A stretch of DNA of 64,000 bases from Amphiscolops sp. MND2022 (lineage: Eukaryota): NCBI GenBank assembly GCA_964187785.1, contig OZ076411.1, positions 23,064,001 through 23,128,000 on the forward strand, in the 5' to 3' direction. A program made the position numbers and the translations under genes. Every line of letters starts with the position of its first letter. The stretch's first letter is position 1. This document shows positions 12,399 through 26,203 of the stretch, piece after piece. The notes beneath the pieces were generated by a model, which was not told the origin of the DNA, did no database searches, and worked only from the letters and a program-made list of their open reading frames with translations.

Positions 12399-14160
12399 TT
12401 CAGGTTTCTTATTCATACTTCCACAAAATTTCGTCATTGTCATTTTTCACTAGAATAACATTTTCTGTTTCGATAAGGACTTCCTAGCGTTCTGGTGCCT
12501 TTCTAACACGAGAAGGTCTGTAAGACTGCTCAACTTGTTCTTTACCCAATTCGGTCGATTCAACATGAGCTTCGGGTGTCCTCGGAATAAGTGCTCCAGC
12601 TTGTTATGGTTCTGTGATGACTTCTTGCGCAAGAGCAATTTCTTCAACGCACAGAAGCACTCTCAGTTTCCTGTTCTTGTTCCAAAGGCAATAAATCATA
12701 TTCTCTCGTTTGTTCAGTCGAATGATTTCTTTCATAGATTGCAATGATACTTCCACGGGATGCTTTTGATATTCAAACCGGATCTATCGTCCTGCTTGGG
12801 CGTTGCACTCTGACAAACTGGTCATTTTTTACTTCGACCACTTTAGCAGGTTTCACTAGGTGAGAATCTGATTTGTTCAGTACAAAGGTTCTGACGTAAT
12901 TGTTGTTATCAGGCGCTAAGCAATTAGCAATACGCAGAGCCGTAGACCTTCGGTGAGGAAAACCGAACAACCGGTTGTGAGGTGTGCTCTTTGTAGCCGT
13001 ACAGCACAAGGTCCATATCGAAGCAAAAACATCGGGCAACATTTGTTCCCATCTGTCTTCAGTCAATAGCACTCGCGAGTCATGTACAGTTTTCTAGACA
13101 ACCGTCACTGTCGCTGAATTCCAGAAGCCGCATTCGTTTGATATCATTCTTGATTCCGGAAACTAGTGCATCTCTCAGAAGCAGCTGTTGATGCTCAGTT
13201 ATGATCACCTCTTTAGATTCGTTCTTTTGGATCAAAATTTTCAGCCTCTTGGCAAAGTCCAAAATCAACTCTTCGAACTTTTGAGCACTAGATAGTAGTT
13301 GATGCCGCGCATAGAAACCTCTAGTTGGCTTTTTGTAGTGCTTGTCAAGGATACGCAGTGCTTCTTCAGACAAGGTTGCTGCTTCCAGGATCATGAAAAA
13401 TTCGGCACCAACATGGGATATCAGGAATGAAAAATTGTGATTATCCTCAATTATTTCATTCATTTCGAGGCCTGACTAACCCTATGACACCCAGAACCGC
13501 GTCTGACGGACATAGGTTCAAGAAGAAAAACTCAGCCAGACTTATGGTCTATAGAGACCACAAATAGTGCGTTCCCTGCAAGTAGCAGTAGTTATTTGTC
13601 CTGTTTCATCGACGGAGGTAGAGAATTTAGAATAAAGGACCTTGTTGTTCAGAATGCTCCTTTTTTGACTGAGTCTGCGATCAGACAAGTGTGTCTGATC
13701 CTCCCGGAGAAACTTGATAATAATTTTATGCGCGATCACAAGAAATATCCACTTGCGGGACTTTACTTTATCACTTAGGATACGATTAACAGCAGCAGTT
13801 CTCTCGGGTTGAGAAAATCGGGTAGTAAGCCTGATGATATTCACATTGTCTGCTAATGCCATCAAACGGTCTGGGAGCTTTGAAATTTCTGCAACGTCAA
13901 TCGGCGATGATACACTGTTTCCGTTTTTGTCGATCAAACAAGGATCAAGCAATGATTTGGGCACCAATGAACAAAACCGCAACCTTGAATTGACCTGTGG
14001 TGGGCAGAAAATCAATGACGTGCCAAGTTTCCCCCAGATATCGTTAGGATTTTGAAATTCGGGAAGGAAAGCAGCAAAGTCTTAGAGTCAGCGATTAGTA
14101 GGTTGGCAGTTGTGGCCGGCTTCAATGTGTGAAATCATATTCGATTACGTTGAACAAAAT

Positions 14161-14292
14161 TGTTGTAGAGAAAACAGGGTTTTAGGGTGAAGCTTTCTTT
14201 CAAGTAGACTGAGAAGAAGTACATTTAGTTAGAGTTAGTCACGGTTATTAAGTTAGTAAGAAACAGATAATGGTCATAGTCAATATATAACA
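14161..14292 (-). repeat. 5' LTR
   Basis: Direct repeat of 12265-12398. Confidence 0.8.
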
Positions 14293-14580
14293 CTTACAAT
14301 ATTCCGTTTTTCACACCTGCATTACGGGCCAAAGAAGAACGTCAGTGTGTTACAGACCGATGAAGGTCAAAAGACCATTGAAAGTCAACCAACTCCAACT
14401 AAACCAGACTGAACTAATTTAGGTATTTATTGTTGTTTGTAACCATGTACCTGTCATTTCTAGCTTCACTTGCCTGAATCACTTTCTCTCTCAACGCGCA
14501 TTTCAAAAAAGTAATGACAATACTCAAGTTTTAATATTCCTACAACCCAGCTACTAAAAGAAGGATTTCAAGCCCTCTCT

Positions 14581-17500
14581 GGTTATGGACCCAGCAATTT
14601 GGTGAGTTTGTTTACTTTTTTCGTTTACTCTCATTATGCTCGTCTGATTGTTGTTTCTCGTTCTCAATTTTTGCTTTTTGCGTCACGACATCCACAAATT
14701 TAGTTTTTTTTTGCCGTCCGTTACCGTCGTTTTGCTTCCGTTAACTATGCAGCTTATCTTTATGACAATTCTCGTTTTGCTGCCCCATTTTTGTTTCAGT
14801 TACTTCCTTCTGCCTGTTTCTGGCTTTTGTTTGGTCATTGTGAGGTTTGGATTGACCTCCAGTTCTCTAGCAAGCAAGAAGACTCCGATGTGTGGCAGGA
14901 GCGATTCGAGAGGTTCTGTTTCACAAAGAAGCTGCTGAGTATGCTGATTGGAACAAGTGCTGGTACGAGTGACAAGAAGTACGAAAGTTGGGCGTATTTG
15001 GAACAGCGTCTCGACAGCCGCAGTATCCTGATGCTGACGAACGACTGCAACGGTAATGGTCCGAAGGCATGGCAACTGCGGGACCACTTCAACGGCACCG
15101 AAACATCGACGTTGATGAATCTATTGAAGAAGTTCACAACCCTGCGATTGGAGCCCACGGAGAGCCATGTTGACTACCTGAATACAGCGTAGTATGTGAG
15201 TAAGCAGTTGAAGGTTGCTCGTGGAAAAGTTTCTGGAAACAACTTATTTTCGATAATTCTTAAGGGTTTCCCTTCCAAATAGGACTACTTGGAAGTGTGC
15301 ACGGTTTTTCGAAAAGGCAATAAAAAGATTCGAATGATCTCGTAACCTACAAACTTAAGCAATGAAAAGTTGCTTTGCTATCCAAAATATCTGCTTCCAA
15401 ACGTTCCTCGTGTATACCTGAAAAATCCACTGAGAAGTGTAGGCGTTGCGATGAAAATGGACATAAACAAGTCATTTGTAGAGTACCCCAGTGCAACTTT
15501 TCCAGGCGTTCTGGTCATGAAGGGAAAAAGTGCTTCAACAAACCCTCTTTTGAGCCCTGAGTCAAGTGCTGGAACATGGGAGTCAAACCTCGCTGAGGAC
15601 TTACTTTTGTTGCGATGGTAGTGAGAAGGAGCACACTTTGGTCATTGACTCTGGTGTTTCTTCGCATACGTTTTTTGACCGTTCTCTGTTATTCGACTTT
15701 AGCGAAGAAACACAATGCCAAGTAGAAAATGAGAATAGGGTTTTTCGTAAGTTGAGGGTGTTGGGAAAGTTTCTCTTCATACTTTTGGACAAAGAAGGGA
15801 TCGAACGTTGTGTGACATTTTCCAACTTCCTTTTTCTTCCTGATCTTTCTGACATCTTGATCAGCGTTAGCAAGTTGAGACAAAACGGGGCTCAAGTGAA
15901 CTTTGGAATCTTTACGTTTTGAAAGGAAAGACATTTGATGTTTGTTCTGTTTCCGGTGAGAACGAAGAAACGTTGCTGTTGCATCATCGTCTTTGTCACG
16001 ACCTTTCAGAAAGTGTGAAACGTTTGGCTCAATGTGTTTCGTGAAAAAGCTTGAAAAAACAGTGCTTTTGATAAACTTTGTTGGTGCGGAGCTTGCATAA
16101 GTTCGAAGACACGACGGCTAAGAGTATCGCAAAAATTGTAGGAAAGAAAATTTCCGAAACTGGATCTCGTTTCCACTAATATTTTTGAACCGATGCCAAC
16201 TACTTCGCCTGATGGGAATCGATACGCTATTTTTTACGGATAACTACAGCAGGTACTCAGCGGTATATTTCCTCAATTCGAAAGAGGAGTGCCTAGATAA
16301 ATTCGAAGTTTTTTGTGCGCAAGTGGGAACGCCCACAGCAATCCGTTATGATATTGGGAAAAGGGTACAGTTCAAAGTTTTTGTATATCAAACCGAATCA
16401 AACGTGAGAGTACTGCCCCTTGTTCGCCTCATCAAAATTGGCAAACAACAGTTGAAATGGCTCACTGCATGATAAAAACAGCCAAACTGGGCAATGAATT
16501 TTGGGTGCGGGCCTTGCACACTGCATTTTACATTTCAAACAGTTGCCTCACAGTTAATTTACCAAAAGGTAAAACGCCCTCCGAGTTGTTTTTTGGTGAA
16601 ACACCAGATCTTTCCAGTTTTAAAATTTTTGAGTGTACTGCTTTCAAACAAAAAAAGCATCAAGCCATACTTTCCGATAAAGTCACCAAAGAAGTTTCTG
16701 CTGGTTTTTCTGAGGATTCCGAAGCATACACTTTGTACAATCCTTACTCTGAGAAGACTTCGTTTTCTCGCAACGTCTTCTTTAATGAGACCTCTTTTCA
16801 CTCTTTTGCTGCGCACCCAAGTCGAAAAACACAAGCCTTTGTAACCGAAAAGCCGGCTTTTCCTGTTCTCCTGACTGAAACATTGAATGATTTTGAAACT
16901 GAAACAACTCCTTCCACCGTTGATGCTGTTTCATTTGAAAATATTGATGCCATTGAAAGTAGTAATTTTTCGCGGTCTCGAAGTGAGAGAGGTATCAAAC
17001 CGTCTGGGTATCTCGACGAATACGTTCCTTTTGCGGATGACAGCGTTGAGAATCCATCTTATCGTGAAGCAATGAAGTCATCGCTTAAATGCGAATTAAT
17101 CGAGCCTACTCGAAAGGAGTACAATGCGCTGATTGAGAACAAGACTTGGGTGCTTTCTCCGAGCCGAAAAGCAATTGGAAACCGGTGGGTTTTCAAAGTA
17201 GGCAACACGACGACGGAACTATTGGAAATTCAAGGCTCGTTTTGTAGCCCAAGAGTTTTCGCCAAGCTTTGGGAGCAATTACGATGAATCATTTGCGCCT
17301 ACTGCAAAACTTTGTATCTTGAGTATTTGTTCTCCGTTCGCTGGGTCTTTGTCGCCTTTTGTTTTTCAGTAAGACGTCCGTTCAGCCTTCCTCAAGGCGA
17401 ACTTGAGTGATGAAGTTTGCATAGAACAAACAGAAGGTTTCGCACAAGCGATAGTTTTTGTGAAACACTTTATTGCAGGCTTCAAAAATGCTTTAAGGTT

Positions 17501-18105
17501 TGAAAAAAGCAGGGAAGGTATGGAACAAAACCTTAACCCAGTGGTTTTTGAAGAACGAATTTGAACAGTATGCCGAGGATCCTTGTCCTTTTTGTTGCGA
17601 TAGGGTCAATGGTTCCCAATTTTTGTACTAAATTGGGTTGACGACCTTGTGTACGTTTCAAACAACAACAAAATGCTGCATGATTTCAAAACAAAACTCA
17701 GCGGTGCATGATTCGGTTTTTGAGATGCATGGTTGAACAGTCAAACGGTCGCGTTTTTTTTTAGCCAGCGGTCTTGTATAAAAGACATTTCGCTCAAAAG
17801 CCAAATGTCTGATTGTAAATTAGGCAGTAGGCCAGGTGTACCCCATACGAAACAGTCTAAATCGGATCGCCGTATCGAAGGTAGTGAAGGTTCACTTGAG
17901 TTTTGCAAACAGAAACGATATCGTGGCTCAGTTGGACTCTTAATGTATTTGTCCGTTGTTAGTCGCCCCGACAGTTGCTTTGCTGTCTATAACTTAGCGC
18001 AATTCGTGTCTAATCCCGGTCGAGCCCATTGGTGTGCATTGAAACAACTTCTCAAGGGCACCGACTCTCTTTCTCTTGTGTATAATCGCTCTGAAAATCT
18101 CGCTG
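14581..18105 (+). mobile_element. Degenerate, 3'-truncated Ty1/Copia retrotransposon (gag-PR-IN-RT)
   Basis: Copia-type PBS-like ggttatggacccag at 14581. Gag (DVWQERF...), knuckle (CRRCDENGH), protease (VIDSGVSSH), integrase (FTDNYSRYSAVYFL; KTPSELFFGETPDLSSFKIF; FSRNVFFNE) and RT (YNALIENKTWVL; YRGSVGLLMYLSVVSRPD) occur in Copia order. Many frameshifts; no RNase H or 3' LTR. Confidence 0.9.
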
Positions 18106-18499
18106 CTTTCTTCTTCAAGAACCTACCCAAGCCTGCCTTCAGAGAGCTCTCATAGCAACTCTTTGTCATTCAGACACCTCATTCATCAACTTATCACTTG
18201 CCTCCCTCACAACTCAATTGTTTCACTCTACCCAATATTATGTTTGTCATAATTAGGACTATAACGACTTTCAGCTTCTCTTCAACTGATGAATAGAGCC
18301 CTCTCAACAGCTGCCTTGACACAGCAGATGGTCCAGCAGAGTGGTTCGCCATCATCAACCAAAAACAACCCTCGGAGACTCTCATGGAGCGGGGTTGGTA
18401 TTATAAGGTCCAATTTGTTGAATACCAGTTTGTAGAAATCATCAATTCAAGAAAAAAACAATAAGACCATAATGTAGGAATGATGCAAAGTTTAGAACG

Positions 18500-21400
18500 G
18501 ATACCTTGGATATGTCCCCATTTCCTCTAGTGCCCCAGAACCCCTTGGGGCCGCTTATGTTCCATCAGGGAACCATAACACTGTTGAATTCCTATCGTCG
18601 AGTTTGAAGCTTCGCCCTAGCGTCGAAGTCTCATTGTCGAAAGACTTTTGTCGTAGTAAATGCGTTGATGCAAGTGGTATATTACCAAAAATATATTTGC
18701 GTCGCAAATAATGTTTTTGGCCACCTGATAGGGCCCTTTTTCCTCTAGTGCCCCGCTACCCCTTGGGGGCCGCTTAAGTTCCTATCTTGCTAGGCGTGGC
18801 CGAGTCAGAGCAAAGACATAGCGGGAACGGAGATCGCGAAACGATCGTAGTGGGAGCTGGTCTTTGCTACGGCGAGGGCGAGCTTGCATACACCAGATAT
18901 GCCCTAAATTTTAGTTTTTAGATCTTCTTCCTTTAGCTCTTAGGCGGTGGAGCTCTCAGGATCTTATATGAAGGATGTCCAGTTTGTAGAATTTAATGAT
19001 CCAATTTGTAGAAAAAATTCTACAAACTGACCACCTAAGGGTATATGCTAACGAATCCCATTTTGCCAAATCCCACTTTGCCGAAAGCATGGGACATTTT
19101 GCCGAAAGTTTTTTTGGCAAAAAGGGCACCGAAATTCGGCAAAGTGGGCAATGCAGTTGTCTACATCTAGGGGTGGGAAAAACGACTAAGGAATAACGTC
19201 TAAAGGAATAACATCTAACTTTTACTCATTTTTCAAAAATAACGTCTAAAGATTTAGACGTTACTCCTGTTTTTTATGTTATTCCCTATTTTGAAATATT
19301 GTTTCTTGTACTGAAGATTTTTCCCTTGCTCTAGTTTTCAGAAAATACCTATGAAATAATCGGAGGCACGGAATACGAGCAAAAGTCTTTGTGCCTGATG
19401 GGTATTTGTACCTAAATTAATAAAAACGTCAAACATATCAAAAAATTAGGCAAATACGTCCGAAAAAAGGAATAACGTATGAAATCCAGAAAAAACGCTC
19501 AAAATATCCGAACATCATCAAAATACGACTGAGAAACAGGAAAAAACAAGAAATTGGAAAAAAATCGTTTAGGATCTAAAACGAAAGAGTGGTATAAAAT
19601 ATAAAACGTGCCTCGGATATGTCCCCATTCCTTCTAGTGCCCTGCGGCCCTTTGGGGCCGCTTATGTTCCCATCTTGCTAAGCGAGGTCGAACAGGAGCA
19701 AAGACATAGCGGGATCGGAGATCGCGAAGCGATCGTAGTGGGAGCTGGTTTTTGCAACGGTGAGGGCAAGCGTGCATAAATCGGATATGCCCCGCATTAT
19801 ATTTTCGCTTTCAAAAAGTCTGTTTTTGCAGATGTAGACAACTGCCTTGCCCACTTTGCCGAATTTCAATGCCCACTTTGCCGAAAAAATTCGGCAAAAT
19901 GGGCAAGGTAGGGACACTTTGCCGAATTCGGCAAAATGGGTTCCAACAAACGGTCCCATCTTCCACCTAAAACCAGTTTGTAGAATTCTACAAACTGATT
20001 TTCTACAAACTGGACCTAATTCTTATCTTCGCTTGACTGAATCACTTTCTCGACACATCTCAAAGTAAAGTATTGACAACAATCAATCTTCAATAATCCG
20101 ACAACCCAGCCACGATCAGAAGAGGTTCAGGCACTAACACAGTCACTTAAGTATCGAGTGGGAACAAACTACGATCTAAGGAATAAGATCGAAACGCACT
20201 TCTGTAACTAAGATCTAAATGTCATTTTTTGTAATTAAGGTCCAGAGAATGCCAGCTCGCGAATCGGAACAAGTCTGAATTTTATACGTTATTTCTGTTT
20301 TCTAGATGTTATTCCCGATTTGGAAATGATTTAAAGTGTAAAACGTGACTCGGATATGTCTCCATTTCCTCTAGTACCCCGCTGCCCCTTGGGGCAGCTT
20401 ATAATCCTATCTTGCTAAGCGTGGTCGAACAGGGGCAAAGGAGTGTACGCCTTTGATCTAACTGCTTGGGTCTAATGGAATTAGATCTAACGGTATATGC
20501 CCTTTTTGCCGAAGCCCATTTTGCCGAATCCCACTTTCCAGAAAGCATGGGACATTTTGTCGAATTTTTTTCCGCAAAGTGGGCATCGAAAATCGGCAAA
20601 GTGGGCAAGGCAGTTGTCTACATCTGCAAAAACAGACTTTTAAAGCTTCAAAGTGATTCAAAGTATAAAACTTGTCACGGATATGTCCATGTCCCCATTT
20701 CGTCTAGTGCCCTGCGGCCCCTTGGGGCCGCTTATTTTCCCATCTTGCTAAGCGAGGTCGAAGAGGAGCAAAGACCTAGCGGGAACGGAGATCGCGAAGC
20801 GATCGTAGTGGGAGCAGGTCTTTGCGACGGTGAAGGCGAGCGTGCATACATCGGATATGCCCCACATTATATTTTCAATGCATTTTGGCCGAATTTCAAT
20901 GCCCACTTTGCCGAATTTCGATGCCCACTTTGCCGAAAAAAATTCGGCAAAATGGGCAAGGTAGGGACACTTTGCCGAATTCGGCAAAATGGGTTTCGGT
21001 AAATTGTCCCATATTCGATCTAACTGTTAAGTCCAGCTTTCAGATCTAATGTTATCTAAAATACTTAGGTCTAACCCCTTTATGATCTAATATGTGTTCT
21101 GAATAAGAAAATATAATGTGGGGCATATGCGATGTTTGCACGCTCGCCCTCATCGTCGCAAAGACCGGATGGGCGGAAATAGGTCGAAGGAACGGGATCG
21201 AAAATCAGAGTTAGTCCTCAGGTCGACATACCAAATTTTTGAATGGGATCGAAACAACTCGGATCGAAATTTTTATAACGTAGTCAGATTTGTTCACATA
21301 CCCCTAGTGCCCTGAATGCAGGAGCGAAGCGAATCGGAGCGACGTGCCATATGGCCATGCCTCGATGTTGGTACTCGGCGAAGGGAGCGAAGCGACAGAG

Positions 21401-21930
21401 CCATACAACAAATACGATAAAATTCGACCGCATTCCATTCGATCCCTGCAATTTGATCAAAAGGTTCGACCTCTGTCCTTTCGACCAGAAAAATTCGACC
21501 TATTTACAGCCACCCGCAAAGATCAGCTCCCACTACGATCGCTTCGCGATCTCCGTTCCCGCTACTGTTTTTGCTCCTGTTCGACCTCGCTTAGCAAGAT
21601 GGGAATATAAGCGGCCCCAAGGGGCCGCGTGGCACTAGAGGAACTGGGGACATATCCGAGGCACGTTTTATACTTTATATCACTTTTTAGTTTTAGATGC
21701 TAATTGACTTATTTTTTTCTCAATTTAGATCAAATTAGAAGAGAATTTCAGACCTGATCATTTAGATCAATTTATTCAGATCTCAGTTTTGCCCCTTCTC
21801 TTAGATCTATTTCATTAGACCTGATTCCACGTAGTCGGAGCAAAGACCTAGCGGGAACGGAGATCGCGAAGCAATCGTAGTTGGAGCTGGTCTCTGCGAC
21901 GGTGAGGGCGAGCGTGCATACACTGTATAT
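18500..21930. repeat. Nested cluster of short hairpin-rich repeats (~190-bp unit, tttgccgaa/ttcggcaaa arrays, gatctaa arrays)
   Basis: Unit ggatatgtcccca...ctagtgccc...ggggccgc...gatcgcgaagcgatc...gcgtgcata at about 18508, 18740, 19612, 20350, 20680 and 21839 (+), and 21117 and 21520 (-). 19814-19862 and 20590-20640 are inverted. Confidence 0.85.
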
Positions 21931-22142
21931 GACCCCAAATTCTTCCTTGGACGTTACTCCTGATCAATTTAGACCTTAGTTACGGTGCATGCTTTTTAGA
22001 TCTTAGTTCGTTAGATCTTAGTTACGAATTCAGGAGGCTTGTACTGCATGCGAATCAACAGTTACAGGCCTCAAACCTACCTTGGTGGAGGTGAACAGAA
22101 AAATTCAACAGCACAGCAATACACTAACGCAACACAAAATAA

Positions 22143-22988
22143 ATGACTTACGCAGCCAAATGCGCAGCCACGCTATCCGAGCCCATAGAAAAGAAAGCTT
22201 CGCGGTCCATCGAGCAGATACTTCTTGTGGAAAACTCAGACAGCGGCCTTGCCAACAGTATGGATATCAAAAAGGCGTTCGCCAAACATTTCCCAAATAA
22301 AAGACTGATCCACGCTTTTAGGAACAGTAGAGGAAAGATCCATCTGGAATTTGATTCCGCAGACACAGCAGCGGATATAATGCAAAATTGGAATAAAGAT
22401 GCCATGGGTACAGACACTAGTGTCACAAACCCCAGAGGAAAACGCGTGCAAAATGCTCTAATTATAAGAAGAGTTGACATAAGGAATTAGCGAAGAGACA
22501 CTGGCGGAACAAATCTCAGAGCAACTCCACACAGACATTGAAAAGGTCACAATCAGACGTTTCATCAAAAAGCCTGATAATGCCAAAATGACCACGGTCA
22601 AAGTTGACTTACAAGAAAGAACTATGTTAGAGACAGCATTAGCAAACGGCCTTTTTGTCAACCAGCTGTTCTTCAGACCTACCGAATACATCGAGAAAAC
22701 AGATATTCACGTGACCAGATGCTTCAACTGCCAGAAATTCGGCCATCTTGCAAATTGGGTCAAAAATGTGGTAAATGCGCGAAAAATCATAATACCGATA
22801 GCTGTCACCAACCGGAACAAAACTACAGATGTGTCAACTGTTTGGAACAACACTCTTCAGCATCGAAAGAATGCCCTGTCTACCAGAAGACTTTGGAGAA
22901 GTTGTATCAGAGCCGATCGGTACCCCTACCAAAACAATTACAAGACAAAATTGACAGACTTATCACTGAGAACAAATGGCCCGCATAA
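22143..22988 (+). pseudogene. LINE ORF1 (gag-like, zinc knuckles), frameshifted
   Basis: RCFNCQKFGH, CGKCAKNHNTDSC and CVNCLEQHSSASKECP, split over three frames. Confidence 0.8.
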
Positions 22989-25749
22989 TGCAAGTAAACA
23001 TGGCAGGGTTAAGCAGTCATAGCTCAACCGCTTTATCTTTTTACCTGAACCAAGGAAAACCCCATGCAGTGATTTTAACGGAGACTCACCGAGAACTAGC
23101 AGCACATGAAATCAATATTTATTCTGCCATTAGCTACTGTGGGACGACCGGTCAGGGAGGAGTTTCTATTTTAGTCAGGAAAGATATCACACACGTACCG
23201 AAAATCTTCAACGCCCCGATTGACTCTGTCTGGACCATTGTCACTATCAACAGAATACCAATTTTACTGGGAGCCGTCTACATACCACCAACCAGCTCAC
23301 CGAAACTACAAACTTTGATCAGTCAACTCGAGGAAGCGGCGGACTTTTCCACTAGACACAACCTCGAACTTCTGCTAGCGAGTGACATTAATGCTAGACA
23401 CCCAATGTGGGGAGATAGATCAACGAATGAGCACGGCAGAACTCTAGTGAACGCACTACACGACTCCTCCAGAGTGCTAAATGTCATCAACGACGGACAA
23501 CCCACTTTTGTGTCAACCAACGGGAGCAGTGTTATCGACCTTTTTATCACGTCAGAGAGAATAACTGAAACCACAAACTTCATAATGGTAGACCACGAGA
23601 CAGAATTATTCTTTGGTGCTCCGACGAGGGGACACCTTCCCGTATGGCTGAACATGAAAGGAGAAGACACAAAAGAAGTCAAACCTAAAAAAGATCTATA
23701 GAACGCCATTTGGGAAGGATTTTACGAGTGTGTAGAAAGCCTTCTAACAGAAAGGATAGATTTCAAGACAATGGACGGCAATTCCTCTTGGTTGCTACTG
23801 CAAAAAGAAGAAGCGCTTCAAACTGCTTCAGAACAACATATTCCAGTGAAGAAGGTCTGTTGCTTCTCGAAACCGTATTGGTGCGAAGAACTAAGTTCGA
23901 AAAGACGAGAGCTCCGTAAGGCACGGAAAAATTACCGATACCGTAGCTCGGCGCAAAACCTCGAGCTTTTGAGAGAGCTTCAACAATCCTTTCAAAAACT
24001 GGTAAAGGATAAAGCAAACGAACACTTCAAAAGCTCCATCGATGACGTTAACGATAGTCACTCAAAAGAATTTTGGAAGCGCGTCAATAAGCTTTTGACG
24101 GACAAGGAAGATGCTGGAGTTTCCCCGTTGTTGAAAGGGAACAAATTCCACTTTGCTAAAAAAGACAAAGCAGATATATTTCGTGAAACTTTTTTCACTG
24201 GAAAGCATTTGGAGAAACTCAGCTTCAACGAAGAATTCAAGCTACACGTAGAGAATACTTTTCAACAATCCCTACATTCCGAAAGACCCGAACTAGAAAG
24301 TGATAGGTGGTTTAACAGCGACTTTACCTCCGAAGAACTGGACTACATTCTGCGTTTTTTGAAAACATCAGGAAAGTCTCTCGATAACGACAACATCCAT
24401 CCCAAAATGATCAAGTACGCAGGACCCCGATATAAAGAAGTTTTTCTTCACATTGCAAACAAAACACTGAATGAAAATCACAGGCCGTGGAACCATTCAA
24501 AAGTGATATTTCTGAGGAAGCAAGGTAGAACAGACTACACGACACCGTCAGCATATCGGCCGATAACAATTTCCAGCTATATCGGAAAAATTGTGGAAAG
24601 ATTATTGGATGCCAGGTTGAGAAGCTTCTTCAAAAAATTCAACCTGTTAGACGAAGAGCAGGAAGGCTTCCAGTCTCACAAGAGCACAGTAAGGTCGTTG
24701 TATAGGTTGAAAATGAATGTCAAGAAGTGAAAAGAGCAGAAAAAGTGGCGCCTTGATATCCATCGACTTTGAGAAGGCCTTCGATTCCGTATGGATCAAT
24801 GGACTGCTCCAAAAACTCTATCAATCGGGAGTTAGAGGTAAATTCATTAAACTGATTGGAAGTATTTTGGAAAGCCGACAACTCAGCATAGAAATCGGTA
24901 ATCTGAGAAGCCAAAACTTTGGAGTCAAAGATGGACTTCCACAAGGTAGTGTGTTATCACCAATTCTGTTCATTTTTTTCGTTTCCGACATGTTCAAAAA
25001 CCTCAACTGTAAGAAGTTCAAAATCGCTGACGATGGAAACCTCCTAGTGACAGGATACACTGAAACCCAAGTCTACCTAAACTGTCAAGTTATTCTAAAA
25101 CAACTGGAACGGTGGCGTAAAAATTGGAGGCTCGCAGTAAATGGTGACAAGACGTCAATAATCTACCTCAACACTGAGTACCCGCACGCTCCGACGTTTT
25201 TCGGCGAGGCATGTAAGGTCACCAGAAGCACAAAAATCCTGGGATTGATTGTGGACGACAAACTGAATTTCAACGAACATCTACAGCAGGTAGAAGTGAA
25301 AGTTGCTAAACAGCTGAACATATTTAAAAAGTTTTGCGGCTCTAATTGGGGTCTAAGGCAAGCAACGCTCATAAAGCTTTACAAAACTCTAGTGCTCCCC
25401 CGACTTCTGTACGCGGCCCCTGTATGGGCCAGGAAACACGTTCAAGCACTGAGCCGTTTTCAATACACCGCGCTCAAACTTATCATAGGTACAAGTACGA
25501 AATTCGACCAGTTGGCAGCAGAAATACTGTGCGGTCTCCCGCCTATGCAATTACAAATTGACATAATCACTATTAAATTTGGAATCAAGCTCTCTCAACA
25601 GCAGGACATATTGTGGAAACTGTACCGGAAATGTCAATTGCCGGAAATAAAAAGCGATAAAAACCTCATTGACGATTTTTATAAAGTCACAGGAGCAATA
25701 AATTGTAGAAACAGCTTTAGTTGTCAATGTTAAACTGTCACAATATGTT

Positions 25750-25792
25750 TACAAACGTTTTCGACTATGAAAAGTCATCATCAGGCATAATA
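25750..25792 (-). ncRNA. Hammerhead ribozyme-like motif (minimal, PLE type), copy 1
   Basis: Minus strand reads CUGAUGA-U-GACU[UUUCAU]AGUC-GAAA-ACGUUU: catalytic core, 4-bp helix II, palindromic ACGU helix III. Helix I pairing is weak. Confidence 0.55.
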
Positions 25793-26203
25793 ATCTGAAA
25801 ATATAAACAACATGAAAGCACCAAACTAAATGGAGATTTATAAATTTGATAGAACGTAAAAAATGCAATGCGTAGACGCTATAAACCAATTGAACTGCTA
25901 GAACTTCAACGTCAACTGCCTTCTGCGATACTCGTCGCGCTGGTTGAGGGCTGGACGGAACTTCTGAATATATAGCGCTTCAAGAGTCAATAATTTGGAG
26001 TCAATAAAACAAAGGTTGCGGTTTTTGTATAATGGTTCCGTCCAGCCCTCAACCAGCGCGACGAGTATCGCAGAAGGCAGTTGACGTTGAAGTTCTAGCA
26101 GTTCAATTGGTTTATAGCGTCTACGCATTGCATTTTTTACGTTCTATCAAATTTATAAATCTCCATTTAGTTTGGTGCTTTCATGTTGTTTATATTTTCA
26201 GAT

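Larger units (their letters stand above)
12265..14292 (-). mobile_element. Internally deleted Ty3/Gypsy LTR retrotransposon (about 2.0 kb)
   Basis: Two diverged ~133-bp LTRs (12265-12398, 14161-14292; TG...CA). Minus-strand gag-like ORF 13080-13463 (YARHQLL...LLRDALVSGI...RMRLLE) directly precedes integrase C-terminus 12773-13072 (WEQMLPDV...LCCTATKSTPHNRLFGF). Purine tract aagaaacctgaa lies before the 3' LTR. Confidence 0.8.

Noticed and set aside
18500-21930. CRISPR-like appearance and ORFs such as 20466-21002 (178 aa)
   Set aside because: Units are long, irregularly spaced and in both orientations, with no cas genes and a eukaryotic context; ORFs are translations of tttgccgaa repeats.
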